NCBI GenBank assembly: GCA_963793865.1
Contig: CAWCBP010000010.1
Coordinates: 32,001-96,000, forward strand
Origin: an uncultured delta proteobacterium
GTDB lineage: Bacteria; Desulfobacterota; WTBG01
Length of the DNA stretch: 64,000 bases
Direction of reading: 5' to 3'
Positions 31,200 to 45,819 of the stretch are shown here, piece by piece. The number at the start of each line of letters is the position of its first letter. Positions within the stretch are counted from its first letter, which is position 1. The notes beneath the pieces are model-generated. The model was not told the origin of the DNA and ran no database searches. It saw only the letters and a list, made by a program, of their open reading frames with translations. The position numbers and the translations under genes were made by a program.

Positions 31200-32477
31200 A
31201 TGGAAAACGTTTTTGACATACTTTCAGGGCGCGGGTTTATCGAGCAGTCTACCGATGAGCATGCCTTGCGACGGCAGCTTTCCCAACCGGCTGCCTGCTA
31301 TGTGGGATTTGATCCCACCGCCTCCACGCTGCACGTGGGACACCTGCTGCCGATCATGGCCCTGATGCACATGCAGAAGGCCGGGCACCGGGTCATCGCC
31401 CTGGTCGGGGGCGGGACGGGAATGATCGGCGACCCGAGCGGCAAGACAAAGATGCGGGAAATTCTCACCAGGGAGCAGATTGAAGGTAATGTCAGGGCAA
31501 TAAAAGTGCAGCTCGCGCGCTACCTCGATTTCGGCGAAGACAGGGCCTTGCTGGTGAATAACGCGGACTGGCTTTGCGGACTTGGATACATTGACTTCCT
31601 GCGCGATATCGGCTGCCATTTCAGCGTCAACCGGATGCTGGCGGCCGAATCGTACAAGGCCCGGATGAAAACCGGCCTCAACTTCATCGAGTTCAATTAC
31701 ATGCTGCTGCAGGCCTATGATTTCCTCCATCTCAACAAGCACTGCCGCTGTGTGATACAGATGGGCGGCAATGATCAGTGGGGAAACATTGTGGCAGGCA
31801 TTGACCTGGTCAGGCGCGTTCTGGGAAATGAAGTCTATGGCATGACCTTCCCCCTGATTGTTACCGCCTCAGGTCACAAGATGGGGAAAACCGAGGAGGG
31901 TGCCGTATGGCTGGATGAATCCGCAACCTCCGCCTACCAGTACTACCAGTACTGGGTTAATGTGGATGACGCGGATGTGGTGAGGTTTCTCAAGCTCTTT
32001 ACCTTTCTGCCCCTGGATGAGATTGAAGCGGTTTCAGCCCTGGAGGGAAGCGAGCTCAACCGCGCAAAAATGATTCTTGCTTTTGAGGCAACGAAAATTA
32101 CCCACGGTGAAGAGAAGGCCCTGGGGGCATTGAAAACCTCGTCCGGCGCCTTCGGTTTCAAGGGTTTCGAGGGCCGGATCTTGCCCTCGAGCAGCATCCC
32201 GCGGGGAGAGGTGAGCAGTGATTTGAGCAGCATGCCCACCAGCAGCATAGAGCGGGAGGTCCTGGAAAAAGGCATATCCGCCTATGAACTTTTCACGCAG
32301 GTGGGATTGTGCTCCTCCCGCAGTGAGGCCCGCCGGCTGATCGGCCAAAAAGGGGGCTATATTAATGGGCAACCTGTTGAAAAATTTGATGAAATGATCA
32401 AACTGCACCATGTGCGGGATGGCAGCCTCATTCTAAGGAGCGGCAAAAAAAAATATCACCAGGTAGTAGTTAACTAG
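31200..32477 (+). CDS. tyrS: Tyrosyl-tRNA synthetase
   Basis: YVGFDPTASTLHVGH, QMGGNDQWGN, KMGKT, S4-like C-terminus. Confidence 0.98.
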   Translation: MENVFDILSGRGFIEQSTDEHALRRQLSQPAACYVGFDPTASTLHVGHLLPIMALMHMQKAGHRVIALVGGGTGMIGDPSGKTKMREILTREQIEGNVRAIKVQLARYLDFGEDRALLVNNADWLCGLGYIDFLRDIGCHFSVNRMLAAESYKARMKTGLNFIEFNYMLLQAYDFLHLNKHCRCVIQMGGNDQWGNIVAGIDLVRRVLGNEVYGMTFPLIVTASGHKMGKTEEGAVWLDESATSAYQYYQYWVNVDDADVVRFLKLFTFLPLDEIEAVSALEGSELNRAKMILAFEATKITHGEEKALGALKTSSGAFGFKGFEGRILPSSSIPRGEVSSDLSSMPTSSIEREVLEKGISAYELFTQVGLCSSRSEARRLIGQKGGYINGQPVEKFDEMIKLHHVRDGSLILRSGKKKYHQVVVN

Positions 32478-32512
32478 CTGAAAAAGCTATACTATTAGTT
32501 ATAAAATTTTTC

Positions 32513-32573
32513 TTGACATCTGGCCGCATTAAGTTTATAGTTCATAGTCTTCGATAAAATTGTTCTTTGAAAA
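32513..32573 (+). promoter_or_regulatory. rrn sigma-70 promoter and boxA
   Basis: TTGACA-17-TATAGT (32513-32541). boxA TGTTCTTTGAAAA at 32561, second boxA near 34712. Confidence 0.8.
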
Positions 32574-32626
32574 TTGAATAGCAGGGCTGTCAGTTTGCTT
32601 TGTTTTTTGAATTGATGAAGCCAAAT

Positions 32627-34202
<1,576 letters not shown>

Positions 34203-34374
34203 AGGAAGCCCTTCCGAAAGGATGGGCTCATCCAGGTCAGCCAATCAAATTGATACCCTGCTATTCTTTTATTTTTATTTTGATAGAAAAGATCGACCTA
34301 TCTTCTCTCCGCTGGGGCGTGCAGTTGATTCCCGGTTAAGAGTGGTAAAGCTTGAGCTGCGAAACGGTTTTGAT

Positions 34375-34451
<77 letters not shown>

Positions 34452-34566
34452 GACAAGCTGGTCGGCAGGTACTGTGAGGGCAAGGGGGTAATCCAACCCA
34501 CTGGAACCGGGCAGTCTGCAGAGCGCAATGCTTGCGGTTCTATCAGCCAGGTGTAATTTGCATAGT

Positions 34567-34642
34567 GGGGGTATAGCTCAGCTGGGAGAGCACCTGCCTT
34601 GCACGCAGGGGGTCAGCGGTTCGAACCCGCTTACCTCCACCA
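34567..34642 (+). tRNA. tRNA-Ala (TGC)
   Basis: Cloverleaf in the ITS, anticodon TGC, CCA end. Confidence 0.98.
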
Positions 34643-34773
34643 ACACAGATCGAAACCCGAAGTAAAAGATTGACGGGATAGGCGATTTTCTATTTCAGCT
34701 TTTGATTGCGTTGTTCTTTGACAATTGAATAGAGTATTTGGGTAAATGTTGTTGCTGATCAATTTTGATTTAT

Positions 34774-37822
<3,049 letters not shown>

Positions 37823-37864
37823 AAATCATTTTATTTTATAGATGCACATACAGTAAGAACATTT

Positions 37865-37982
<118 letters not shown>

Positions 37983-37992
37983 ATTGATACAT

Positions 37993-38028
37993 GAAAAGCC
38001 TTTCACCTCATGGTGGAAGGCTTTTTTT
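37993..38028 (+). terminator. rrn intrinsic terminator
   Basis: AAAAGCCTTTCACC-TCAT-GGTGGAAGGCTTTTTTT. Confidence 0.85.
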
Positions 38029-38283
38029 AATGGTGAAACGTCCTTCTGCGCAGCATTGGTAGGAGCAGCTTCAGCTGCGAACTAAGGGAATGATAAATTG
38101 CACAGCCCAGATGAGCAATTTTGACCTTTGATGTTTAATACGCGGTAGGAGCGGCTTTGAGCCGCGAATTCATCGCACATGAATGTGCTCCTGCCGAGGC
38201 GCAAAGCTTTGATATCAGATATGACTTGAAATGATATCATAGTCATGGTATGAATCACGTATGATGAACAAGGAGGTTTTTAT

Positions 38284-38493
38284 ATGACTCGCACGATTAT
38301 TGACATTCAGGATGACCTGCTGAAGAAAGCGCAAAAGGCCACGGGAATAACCAAGAAAGTCGAGATTGTCAACTATGCGCTTAAGCGGCTTCTTGAACAA
38401 AAGGAGATGGAGCGTGTTCTGGAATTGCGGGGAAAAATAAAGTGGAATGGTAACATCGAGGAGATGAGAAGGGACCGCCATGGTTCTCGTTGA
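38284..38493 (+). CDS. vapB: VapB-family antitoxin
   Basis: MTRTIIDIQDDLL RHH pattern. Overlaps the PIN gene. Confidence 0.88.
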   Translation: MTRTIIDIQDDLLKKAQKATGITKKVEIVNYALKRLLEQKEMERVLELRGKIKWNGNIEEMRRDRHGSR

Positions 38494-38869
38494 CACTACC
38501 ATCTGGATTGATTTCTTTCAGCATCCTGCCTCTCACAATGCCGATAAGCTCGAAAAACTTATCAGGGACTTTAATCAGGCAGCCCTCTGCGGAATCGTTC
38601 TCCAAGAGATTCTTCAGGGGATAAGGGATATCAAGAGTTTCACTGCAACAAAGTCACGACTTCAAAAACTTCCTTATCTGGACATGGGCAAAGAGGTATA
38701 TCTTGCCGCCGCGACGCTTTACCGCTCTCTGCGTGCGAAGGGGATAACCGTGCCGTCAACTGACACCGCGATCGCAGCCCTTGCGATTCTGCATCGCGTT
38801 CCCCTCTTCACCGGAGACGAACATTTCAGCATCATTGCAGAACACAGCAGGCTTGAACTCTACAGGTAG
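38480..38869 (+). CDS. vapC: VapC PIN-domain toxin
   Basis: VLVDTTIWIDFF, LQEILQG, DTAIAA, FTGDEHF. Confidence 0.92.
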   Translation: MVLVDTTIWIDFFQHPASHNADKLEKLIRDFNQAALCGIVLQEILQGIRDIKSFTATKSRLQKLPYLDMGKEVYLAAATLYRSLRAKGITVPSTDTAIAALAILHRVPLFTGDEHFSIIAEHSRLELYR

Positions 38870-39078
38870 TTTTATGAAAAAGAGGGGGGGACGCCCTTAA
38901 ATATCTAAGTTTTGATGAAGCTAAGGAATTAAAATTATAGAGACTTAAGGGAGTCCTTCTTTACAGCACCTGCATGAACCTGTCGCTCGTTGGTGACGGT
39001 TGTGCTGCAGTGCAGATATAAAGAGCCGGTAGGAGCGGCTTTCAGCCGCGAATACTTGCAGCCTTCAGGGGAGGTGCC

Positions 39079-40558
39079 ATGCAAAGGCTTTGTGTGCGTC
39101 TGCTTCTGATTTTTGTGCTGGCCGGCTGCCAGGATGCGGGTATACTCTGTCCTGCCGATCAGGGGATTTTTTCGGCCGCAACCGTCAGCGCGCAGGATTT
39201 AAGCTATCTCTTGGATCTTGATCCCGATGCGGTCACCAACCGGGATCTCTATGACCGGGCAGTTGCGCTCGAGGAGAACTACCAGAAGTATCACTAGGTC
39301 AACGGCATTCTCTGGGAGGCCAGATATGCCGAGGCGGAGGATGAGCTGCCTACCCTCTACGGAACCGGCGGCGACAGCGCCATATTTACCGGGTTTTATC
39401 TGGCGGGTGCGGTATACCGCTTTCGCGCCACCGGCCTGCCGGGCGATCTGCAGGCGGTATTTGAAGCCGCGCGCGGCCTTCACATCCTCACCCACATAAG
39501 CGGTACGCCGGGCGTCATTGCCCGGTGTGCGTTCCCCGCCGCGCAGGCAGACAAATGGTGCTATCCCGAGGCCTGGCAGGAGCGGATCGACAGACGGCTA
39601 TGTCTACGAGAGTTCCGCTGATATTCCCGACATCGGCGATCCACCGGCAGGCTATCCGGTGATGATCTACTATACCCGGGCCACCCGGGACCAGCTCACC
39701 GGTATTCTGTATGGCGTCGGCGTTGCCCTGGCGGAGCTTGACCCTGCGGACTATAGCGGGGAGACTGCGCTTGGCGTGATGAAGGTCAGGGACATCCTGC
39801 AGGAGGTGATCAGCGCAGTGTGGGGCCGGCTCAAGTCGACCGGATTCGTCATCAGAGATCAGGAGGGTAAAACCGGGACCACGGCCAGACTGGTGACCGG
39901 GCTGCTGCGGCTGCAGCTGCTGGCGGTATACCGGGCGGCACTGGAAGGGCGCGAGGGTATCGAGAGTGAGGAATACCAGCGCATTGACCGGCTCTACGCA
40001 CGGGCATTCGCCCGGGCTTTTAGCTTGAACGATGGGGATGCCTCCGCGCTGTTTAACCGGGGTAGCCTGCTTGACGGCTATTACGCATACAATCTCAGAT
40101 TCGCCCGCAGCTTTACCGTGCACCTTCTGGAAAAGGACCTGCAGCGCAGGGATACGGTTGTGGACTACATGCGAAAGCATGTCTGGCGGTACGTGCAGGA
40201 CCACCGGAACACCCATTTTATCTTTGTGTATGCCGCCGCCTCAGGTGATCGGTCCCGGCTGGATGAAGCCGCACGCAGCCTGCGGGAGCTGTCGCTGAGG
40301 CCGCTGCGCAACTGGAACTCGCCGCTGCACGGTGAGGACTATTATCCTCCGAGGCCGGTGCTGCTCTACGGGGATGTGAGCAATTTTGTAGTGCCGGTGC
40401 ATTTGCGCGAACCGACGGGCTATTTTATCTGGCAGAAGGATCCGTTCCAAACCGGCGACGGGGCGCCCAACACCGAAGGCCTGAACGAGGGTATCGGTCT
40501 AGATTTCATTCTGCCTTACTGGATGGGACGATATTACGGTTTTCTTGATGCGCCGTGA
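39079..40558 (+). pseudogene. Lipoprotein of unknown function, interrupted by an in-frame TAG (39295-39297) and a frameshift near 39590
   Basis: Lipobox LAGC. The frame continues after the TAG (VNGILWEARY...GGDSAIFTGFYLAG...ISGTPGVIAR) and then joins ORF 39518..40558 (RDQLTG...GLDFILPYWMGRYYG). Confidence 0.7.
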
Positions 40559-40594
40559 GAAAGGGCACACCCCTTTTGCAAGTCTAATTTGAAT

Positions 40595-40622
40595 GTAGGG
40601 GCGACCGGCCGGTCGCCCCTAC
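40595..40622. repeat. Perfect 28-bp palindromic GTAG REP
   Basis: GTAGGGGCGACCGGCCGGTCGCCCCTAC. Copies at 60246-60271 and a degenerate one near 58682. Confidence 0.85.
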
Positions 40623-40674
40623 AGATTTTCAGGCAAAACATCCATGTTCCTGCAAGGTGCACGGAGCATGAATT

Positions 40675-41629
40675 TTAACTCGGCGCTTCGCCCGCGAAGA
40701 AACGCCGCGGGTTTGCCGCGAGCATGGTTTCAATCTGCTCGTCGGTTGCCCCATTGAAGCGAAGCATGGGGATGACCCGCCCGAAGAAGTTGGTGGGCAC
40801 CCAGTTCTTGTATGCTCCGGTGCCGATGCTCGGTCCGTTTGCCCAGTACCAGACCGAATCGTGGGAAACCATGAGGCGGGAGGCATAACCTGCATCAAGC
40901 AGCTTCATAAGCGAAGCCGCCCGAGTTTCATCGGGCATGTCGGGCATCCCGAAACGGTCAAAGGCCACATATGAGCCGCCTTGAATGATGCGCATGTGGT
41001 AATCAAAATTCCGCGACAGACAGCTGTGGCCGATAATGATGCGGTGCAGCGGTACGCCGGCATCGCCAAGTATGTTCTGCTGCTCAACGCCCAGCACCCC
41101 TTCGGTGTGGGTGATGATGGGAGCACCGGTGACAACCGAAGCCCTGGCGGCGGCAAGCAGCAGCTCACGTTCTTCCTCGATAATCACCGGATGGCCGGTG
41201 ACCACCTTAATAATGCCCGCCTTTATACCGGTATCATCAATGCCCTCGGTCAGCTCTTTGATGAATAGGTCGGCAACAGCCTCATTACTGCCGCCCAGCT
41301 TCTGACGAATCCTCAGAAAAGAGGCAGTGCTGTAGATGCCGGTAGCGCAGATGATGGTAAGCCCGGTCCGTGCGGCAACCTCTTTCAGAAGCAAGGGGTT
41401 GCAGCCGAGGTCCACGGTGGTGGGATCGACCACCGTTGCCACGCCACATTTTTTTATCCCTTCAGCAAAGCCCGCACATCGCGCTGCTATGGTGTTAAAT
41501 GTACGTCCTGACGGAAGACAATCGGCGGACGGTCCGCCGTATTCCACGAACACATGCTCGTGCATCAGCGTTCGCCCGAGCTGATCAGGGAGCAATGGTT
41601 CCGATAACGGTGTTGATAAGTGTGGGCAT
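40675..41629 (-). CDS. Phosphotriesterase-family (PTE/PHP) metallohydrolase, extra base near 41588
   Basis: MPTLINTVIGTIAP / DQLGRTLMHEH, GIIK, ITHT, IGHS, VSHD metal ligands, ANPRRFF. Confidence 0.88.
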
Positions 41630-41635
41630 GGAAGT

Positions 41636-42621
41636 CTAGCGCGAGCGCTTGAAGACCCGCTCAACCGCGGCAAGGATGTCGGACACCTGGGGCAGGACAT
41701 ACTGCTCCATCACCGGGCTGAAGGGTATGGGGACGTCTTTCGCGCCCACCCGCAACACGGGCGCAGCCAGGTATTCAAAGAGTTCTTCGCCGATACGCGA
41801 GGCCACCTCCGCGCCGAAACCGCCGGTCAGGCAAGCCTCGTGCACCACGACGGCACGACGGGTCTTTTTTACCGATTGTGCGATCAGTTCAAAATCGAGG
41901 GGCTTCAGGGTGCGCAGGTCGATGACCTCGGCATTGATGCCTTTTTGTTCAAGCTGTGAAGCGGCCTCCATGCATTCGTAGGTCATGCGGGAATAGGTGA
42001 GCAGGGTAATATCGGTGCCGGGCTTTTTTATCACGCCCTTTCCCAGGGGAATCAGGCAGCCGTTATCCGGCACCGGGCCGGTCTGGCGAAACAGGCGCTT
42101 GTGCTGAAAAAAGATAACCGGGTCATCATCGCGGATGGCCGCCTTGAGCAGGCCCTTGGCATCCGCCGGCTCAGAGGGAACCACCACCTTCAGTCCCGGG
42201 GTGTGCACGAACCAGCTTTCCAGGCTCTGGGAGTGCTGAGCGGCGGCTGAAAGCCCGCGCCATCAGGCGCCCACAGCACCATGGGAACCTTCACCTGGCC
42301 GCCGAACATGTAGCGGATCTTGGCCATTTGATTGACAATCTCATCCATGGCGGTAGTCACAAAGTCCGCAAAGTGCATGTCAACCACCGGCCGCATCCCG
42401 GTCAGCGCCGCGCCCACGCCGCTGCCGGCAAGACTGGTTTCGGAAATGGGCGTGTCAATGATCCGGCCGGGAAATCGCTCCGGCAGTCCCTTGAACTGGC
42501 AGAAAATGCCGCCGTTGCAGACCAGGTCTTCTCCGATGATGAAAACCCGGTCATCCCGCTCCATTTCCTCGGTAAGCGCTTCGGCTATGGCCTGGGCGCA
42601 GGTGAGTTGTCGTAAGCCCAT
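41636..42621 (-). CDS. TPP-dependent 2-oxoacid/acetoin dehydrogenase E1 beta subunit (frameshift near 42255)
   Basis: IIGED, DTPISE, QHSQS, PGLKVVVPS, DLRTLKPLD. Confidence 0.9.
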
Positions 42622-42634
42622 GCAATGTTTCTCC

Positions 42635-43603
42635 CTATGGATTTACCAGTAAACCGTTTAATGCGTCTTCCGGGGCGGGCAGGGGCGCGTCCATTCCAAA
42701 CTGCACTGCTTCCTCTATGAGGTTGATGGTTTCCGCCCGGATCCGCTCTGCCAGGTCCTCAGAGAGGATGCCCTCTTCCTTAAGAACCAATTCGAAACGC
42801 TGGATGGGGTCCCGGTCTTTTTTATAGGTGTGAATTTCATCCTGGGTGCGATACTTCTGCCGGTCCCCCTCGAAATGTCCCTTATAGCGGAAGGTCTCAT
42901 TTTCCACGATGGCGGGCCCGTTTCCGTCGCGGGCAAACTCCACCGCTTCGCTTACCACTTCCAGCACTTCCAGAACATTGCTGCCGTCGGTAATGTAGCC
43001 GGGAATACCGTACGCCTTGGCCCGGCCCGCCACCGTGCCTCCCGCTATCATTTTCTCAGACGGGGAGGTGGAGGCATAGCCGTTATTCTCACACACGAAA
43101 ATTATAGGCAGCTTGAAGACCGCCGCCATGTTGCATGCCTCGTGAAAGGTTCCGCGGTTGGAAGCACCGTCACCGAAGAAGACCATGCCCACCTGGCCGC
43201 TCCTGCGCATCTTGATGGAAAGGCCGGCCCCGACCATGATGGGAAAGCCTCCTCCCACGACACCATTGGCGCCGAGAATGCCCTTGGAAAAATCGGCGAT
43301 GTGCATGGAGCCGCCCTTGCCTTTGCAATAGCCGGTTGCCTTGCCGAACAGCTCCGCGAACATGAACTTTGGATCGCCCCCCTTGGCCAGTATGTGGGCG
43401 TGACCGCGGTGGGTTGAGATGATGTAATCATCGGGCCGCAGCGCGGCGCAGCTGCCGGCGGTGGACGCTTCCTGCCCGATTGACAGGTGCACAAAGCCGG
43501 GGATGAGCTTCTGCTGAAAAAGGGTCTCTGCCTTTTCCTCAAAGGCGCGAATGAGCAGCATCTTTTTTAAGAGCGACAATTTTTCATCTGTACCGATATC
43601 CAC
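42635..43603 (-). CDS. TPP-dependent 2-oxoacid/acetoin dehydrogenase E1 alpha subunit
   Basis: GFVHLSIGQEA, STHRGH, GKGGSMH, GDGA...NN. Confidence 0.93.
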   Translation of the reverse strand: MDIGTDEKLSLLKKMLLIRAFEEKAETLFQQKLIPGFVHLSIGQEASTAGSCAALRPDDYIISTHRGHAHILAKGGDPKFMFAELFGKATGYCKGKGGSMHIADFSKGILGANGVVGGGFPIMVGAGLSIKMRRSGQVGMVFFGDGASNRGTFHEACNMAAVFKLPIIFVCENNGYASTSPSEKMIAGGTVAGRAKAYGIPGYITDGSNVLEVLEVVSEAVEFARDGNGPAIVENETFRYKGHFEGDRQKYRTQDEIHTYKKDRDPIQRFELVLKEEGILSEDLAERIRAETINLIEEAVQFGMDAPLPAPEDALNGLLVNP

Positions 43604-43726
43604 GGTTTCCTCTATGTAATGATGGTCTTTGTGTCAGGTCAAACCGCTATCCGCCTGAAGGTGTAGCGTGTTATTGCACGTAGGGGAGGATCGGGTAAGC
43701 TGACTTCAATTGGGGGTAAGTTCAAG

Positions 43727-43768
43727 AATATAAAGGAAGTTCAAGCGGGTGTCAATAGATAAGCACAG
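43727..43768 (-). promoter_or_regulatory. Sigma-70 promoter within a 42-bp direct repeat (copy 1)
   Basis: TTGACA-17-TATATT. 38/42 identical to 45528-45569. Confidence 0.7.
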
Positions 43769-43822
43769 CATGCCTTCAAGCGGGTGAAGCGGGGAAAAGC
43801 AGGCGGTTGCCCCCTGCATGGT

Positions 43823-45448
43823 TCAGCGCTTTCGGCTGATCTCTCCGGTTTCTCCGAAAACCAGACCGCTTTCCGGAATGTCCCTGCGGGTGAGTGCGCA
43901 GATTTCTTTGAAGGCTGCGCGGGAAGGATCCGGCGAGGGGCCGCCGCTGCCTTTTTGAAGCGCGGAATAAACCCTGGCGCTCCGGAACTCACCCTCCCGG
44001 TTGACGGTGATCTTGAGAATGGGCGCCAGGCCGCTCGAACCCTTGAGGTTGAAGCGGCGATAGGTGGCGAAATTGCCCAGGGAATAGGCGATAAAACGGT
44101 CCCTGTAGATGTCCACCGCGCGGGGGACGTGCGGTCCATGTCCGAGGACTATATCCGCCCCGGCGTCGATGGCCACCCGGGCAAATTCATAGGGGTTCCC
44201 GCGATCCTCCCCCAAAAATAATTCCTTCTTTCGGGTGATATGCTTATGTTCGGTTCCTTCGCCGCCCGAATGGACGGAAACGATCACAATATCCACCATA
44301 GCATCCAGGTGAGCAACAATTGTGCGCACGGTTTTGTAGTCGTTGAGGTTCACCGCGGCCTTGTCCGCGGCAAAGGCACAGAACCCGTAGGTCACGCCGT
44401 CTCTGGTGAGAACCGTTTGCGGATGTTCGATCAGGCCGGCGTAATGGATTGATGCCTCAGAGAGCCGCTTAACGGTGTTTTTCCTTCCCCTCTCGCCGAA
44501 ATCGTCGGCATGATTATTGGCGATGCTGAGCAGGTCGAACCCGGCGTCCGCCAGATGGCGGACATAGTGATCCGGGGATTTGAAGGCATAGACCTCGCCG
44601 GGATCGGCTATGGTTTTCGAGACGCCCCTTTCGGTCATGATCACGCCTTCGAGGTTGCCGACGGTCAGGTCCGCGTCGCGCAGAATATCTGCCACTGGTG
44701 CCAACAGCTCACGGCCGTCGTTGGGAGGCAGATAGTCGGCAGAGGGATAGTTTGTGCCCAGCATGATGTCACCCACAGCGATGATGGAAATGCTCGCCTT
44801 CGGGGGAGGCCCGGGAGAAGACGCCGCCCCGGCCGCAGCTGAATCCGCAGCCGATGCCCGCGCGCCCCGCGGCAGACCGGGTATCCGCCCCGCGAAGAGG
44901 AACCGTTCAGAATAGTATTCCACGGGATACTCATCGATGACCACGCCCCGCGCGCAACTGTGGATCATGCGGATGCGGCCGCCTTCCCTGCCGATGACCA
45001 TGCTGACGTGACCCACCCGGTGCAGGAATTTGCGGCGCCCTTTGAAAAAGAGCAAATCTCCCTTTTCCGCTTTGTCCAACGGCACGCGGTCCACCTGGTG
45101 AGCGATGTCGCGCGATGAGGGCGGCAGGGTGACGCCGTGCAGCGACCACACGTAGGACATGAATCCGCCGCAGTCCATGACACTGCCGTATTCATTTCGG
45201 AACTTGTAGGGCTTGCCCAGATGCTCCCTGCTGCTGGAGATGACCCGGTCCACGATGTCCGGGGCCATCTTGTCTGCCGGACGGGCCGTGCCCGGGCCGG
45301 AAGCGGTTCCCGCGGCGCAAGCCGGGCTTGCGGATATCCACGGGGCGGCGAGCGCGCACATAATGATCAGCGCCACACCGAGGCATCTGCTCAGTGGACG
45401 CTGGTTTTGTCGTGTTGCCATGGCGGCATCACCAACAATAGTTTTCAT
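43823..45448 (-). CDS. Secreted NlpC/P60-CapA (PGA_cap metallophosphoesterase) fusion protein
   Basis: DCGGF, GDLLFF, HVSM, IHS (NlpC/P60), then AVGDIM, GNLEG, ANNH, GHGPHV, YSLGNF (CapA). Alternative start at 45421. Confidence 0.88.
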   Translation of the reverse strand: MKTIVGDAAMATRQNQRPLSRCLGVALIIMCALAAPWISASPACAAGTASGPGTARPADKMAPDIVDRVISSSREHLGKPYKFRNEYGSVMDCGGFMSYVWSLHGVTLPPSSRDIAHQVDRVPLDKAEKGDLLFFKGRRKFLHRVGHVSMVIGREGGRIRMIHSCARGVVIDEYPVEYYSERFLFAGRIPGLPRGARASAADSAAAGAASSPGPPPKASISIIAVGDIMLGTNYPSADYLPPNDGRELLAPVADILRDADLTVGNLEGVIMTERGVSKTIADPGEVYAFKSPDHYVRHLADAGFDLLSIANNHADDFGERGRKNTVKRLSEASIHYAGLIEHPQTVLTRDGVTYGFCAFAADKAAVNLNDYKTVRTIVAHLDAMVDIVIVSVHSGGEGTEHKHITRKKELFLGEDRGNPYEFARVAIDAGADIVLGHGPHVPRAVDIYRDRFIAYSLGNFATYRRFNLKGSSGLAPILKITVNREGEFRSARVYSALQKGSGGPSPDPSRAAFKEICALTRRDIPESGLVFGETGEISRKR

Positions 45449-45527
45449 AATCTTTTTGCAGCTGTGTTTTTGAAAAAGCGCTGACAGGCTCAGCGCTCAG
45501 CGGTGCAGCAAGGATTTTAATAGCGCA

Positions 45528-45569
45528 AATATAAAGGAAGTCCAATCGAGTGTCAATTGATAAGCACAG
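45528..45569 (-). promoter_or_regulatory. Sigma-70 promoter within a 42-bp direct repeat (copy 2)
   Basis: TTGACA-17-TATATT. Confidence 0.7.
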
Positions 45570-45601
45570 TATCGATACGCATGCCGGAAGGAAATGATGG
45601 A

Positions 45602-45633
45602 AAAAGCCTTCCATGATGGTGCGGAAGGCTTTT
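45602..45633 (-). terminator. Intrinsic terminator-like hairpin
   Basis: AAAAGCCTTCC...GGAAGGCTTTT downstream of the oxidoreductase triad. Confidence 0.6.
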
Positions 45634-45819
45634 GCATGGGTGCTCCCGGCATGAGCTGCATTCTATCCCGCCGTAAGGCTCCCCGCTTCAGTGAGGCAAG
45701 ATTGGTAAGAGTGGTTTCCGTGCTTGCTTATTGCGTTTCCGGCGAAAGCATGCAACCTTCCCGGTCGATACGGTCATTGCAAGCGCTTCGATCAACCTCC
45801 GGCAGAAACGTTATCCCAC

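Noticed and set aside
39295..39297. Genome-wide TAG reassignment
   Set aside because: Conserved genes (mvhD, ispE, tyrS, vapC) end correctly at TAG.
41580..41592. TGA early in the phosphotriesterase gene as selenocysteine
   Set aside because: The conserved sequence continues in another frame, so this is a one-base insertion and not readthrough.
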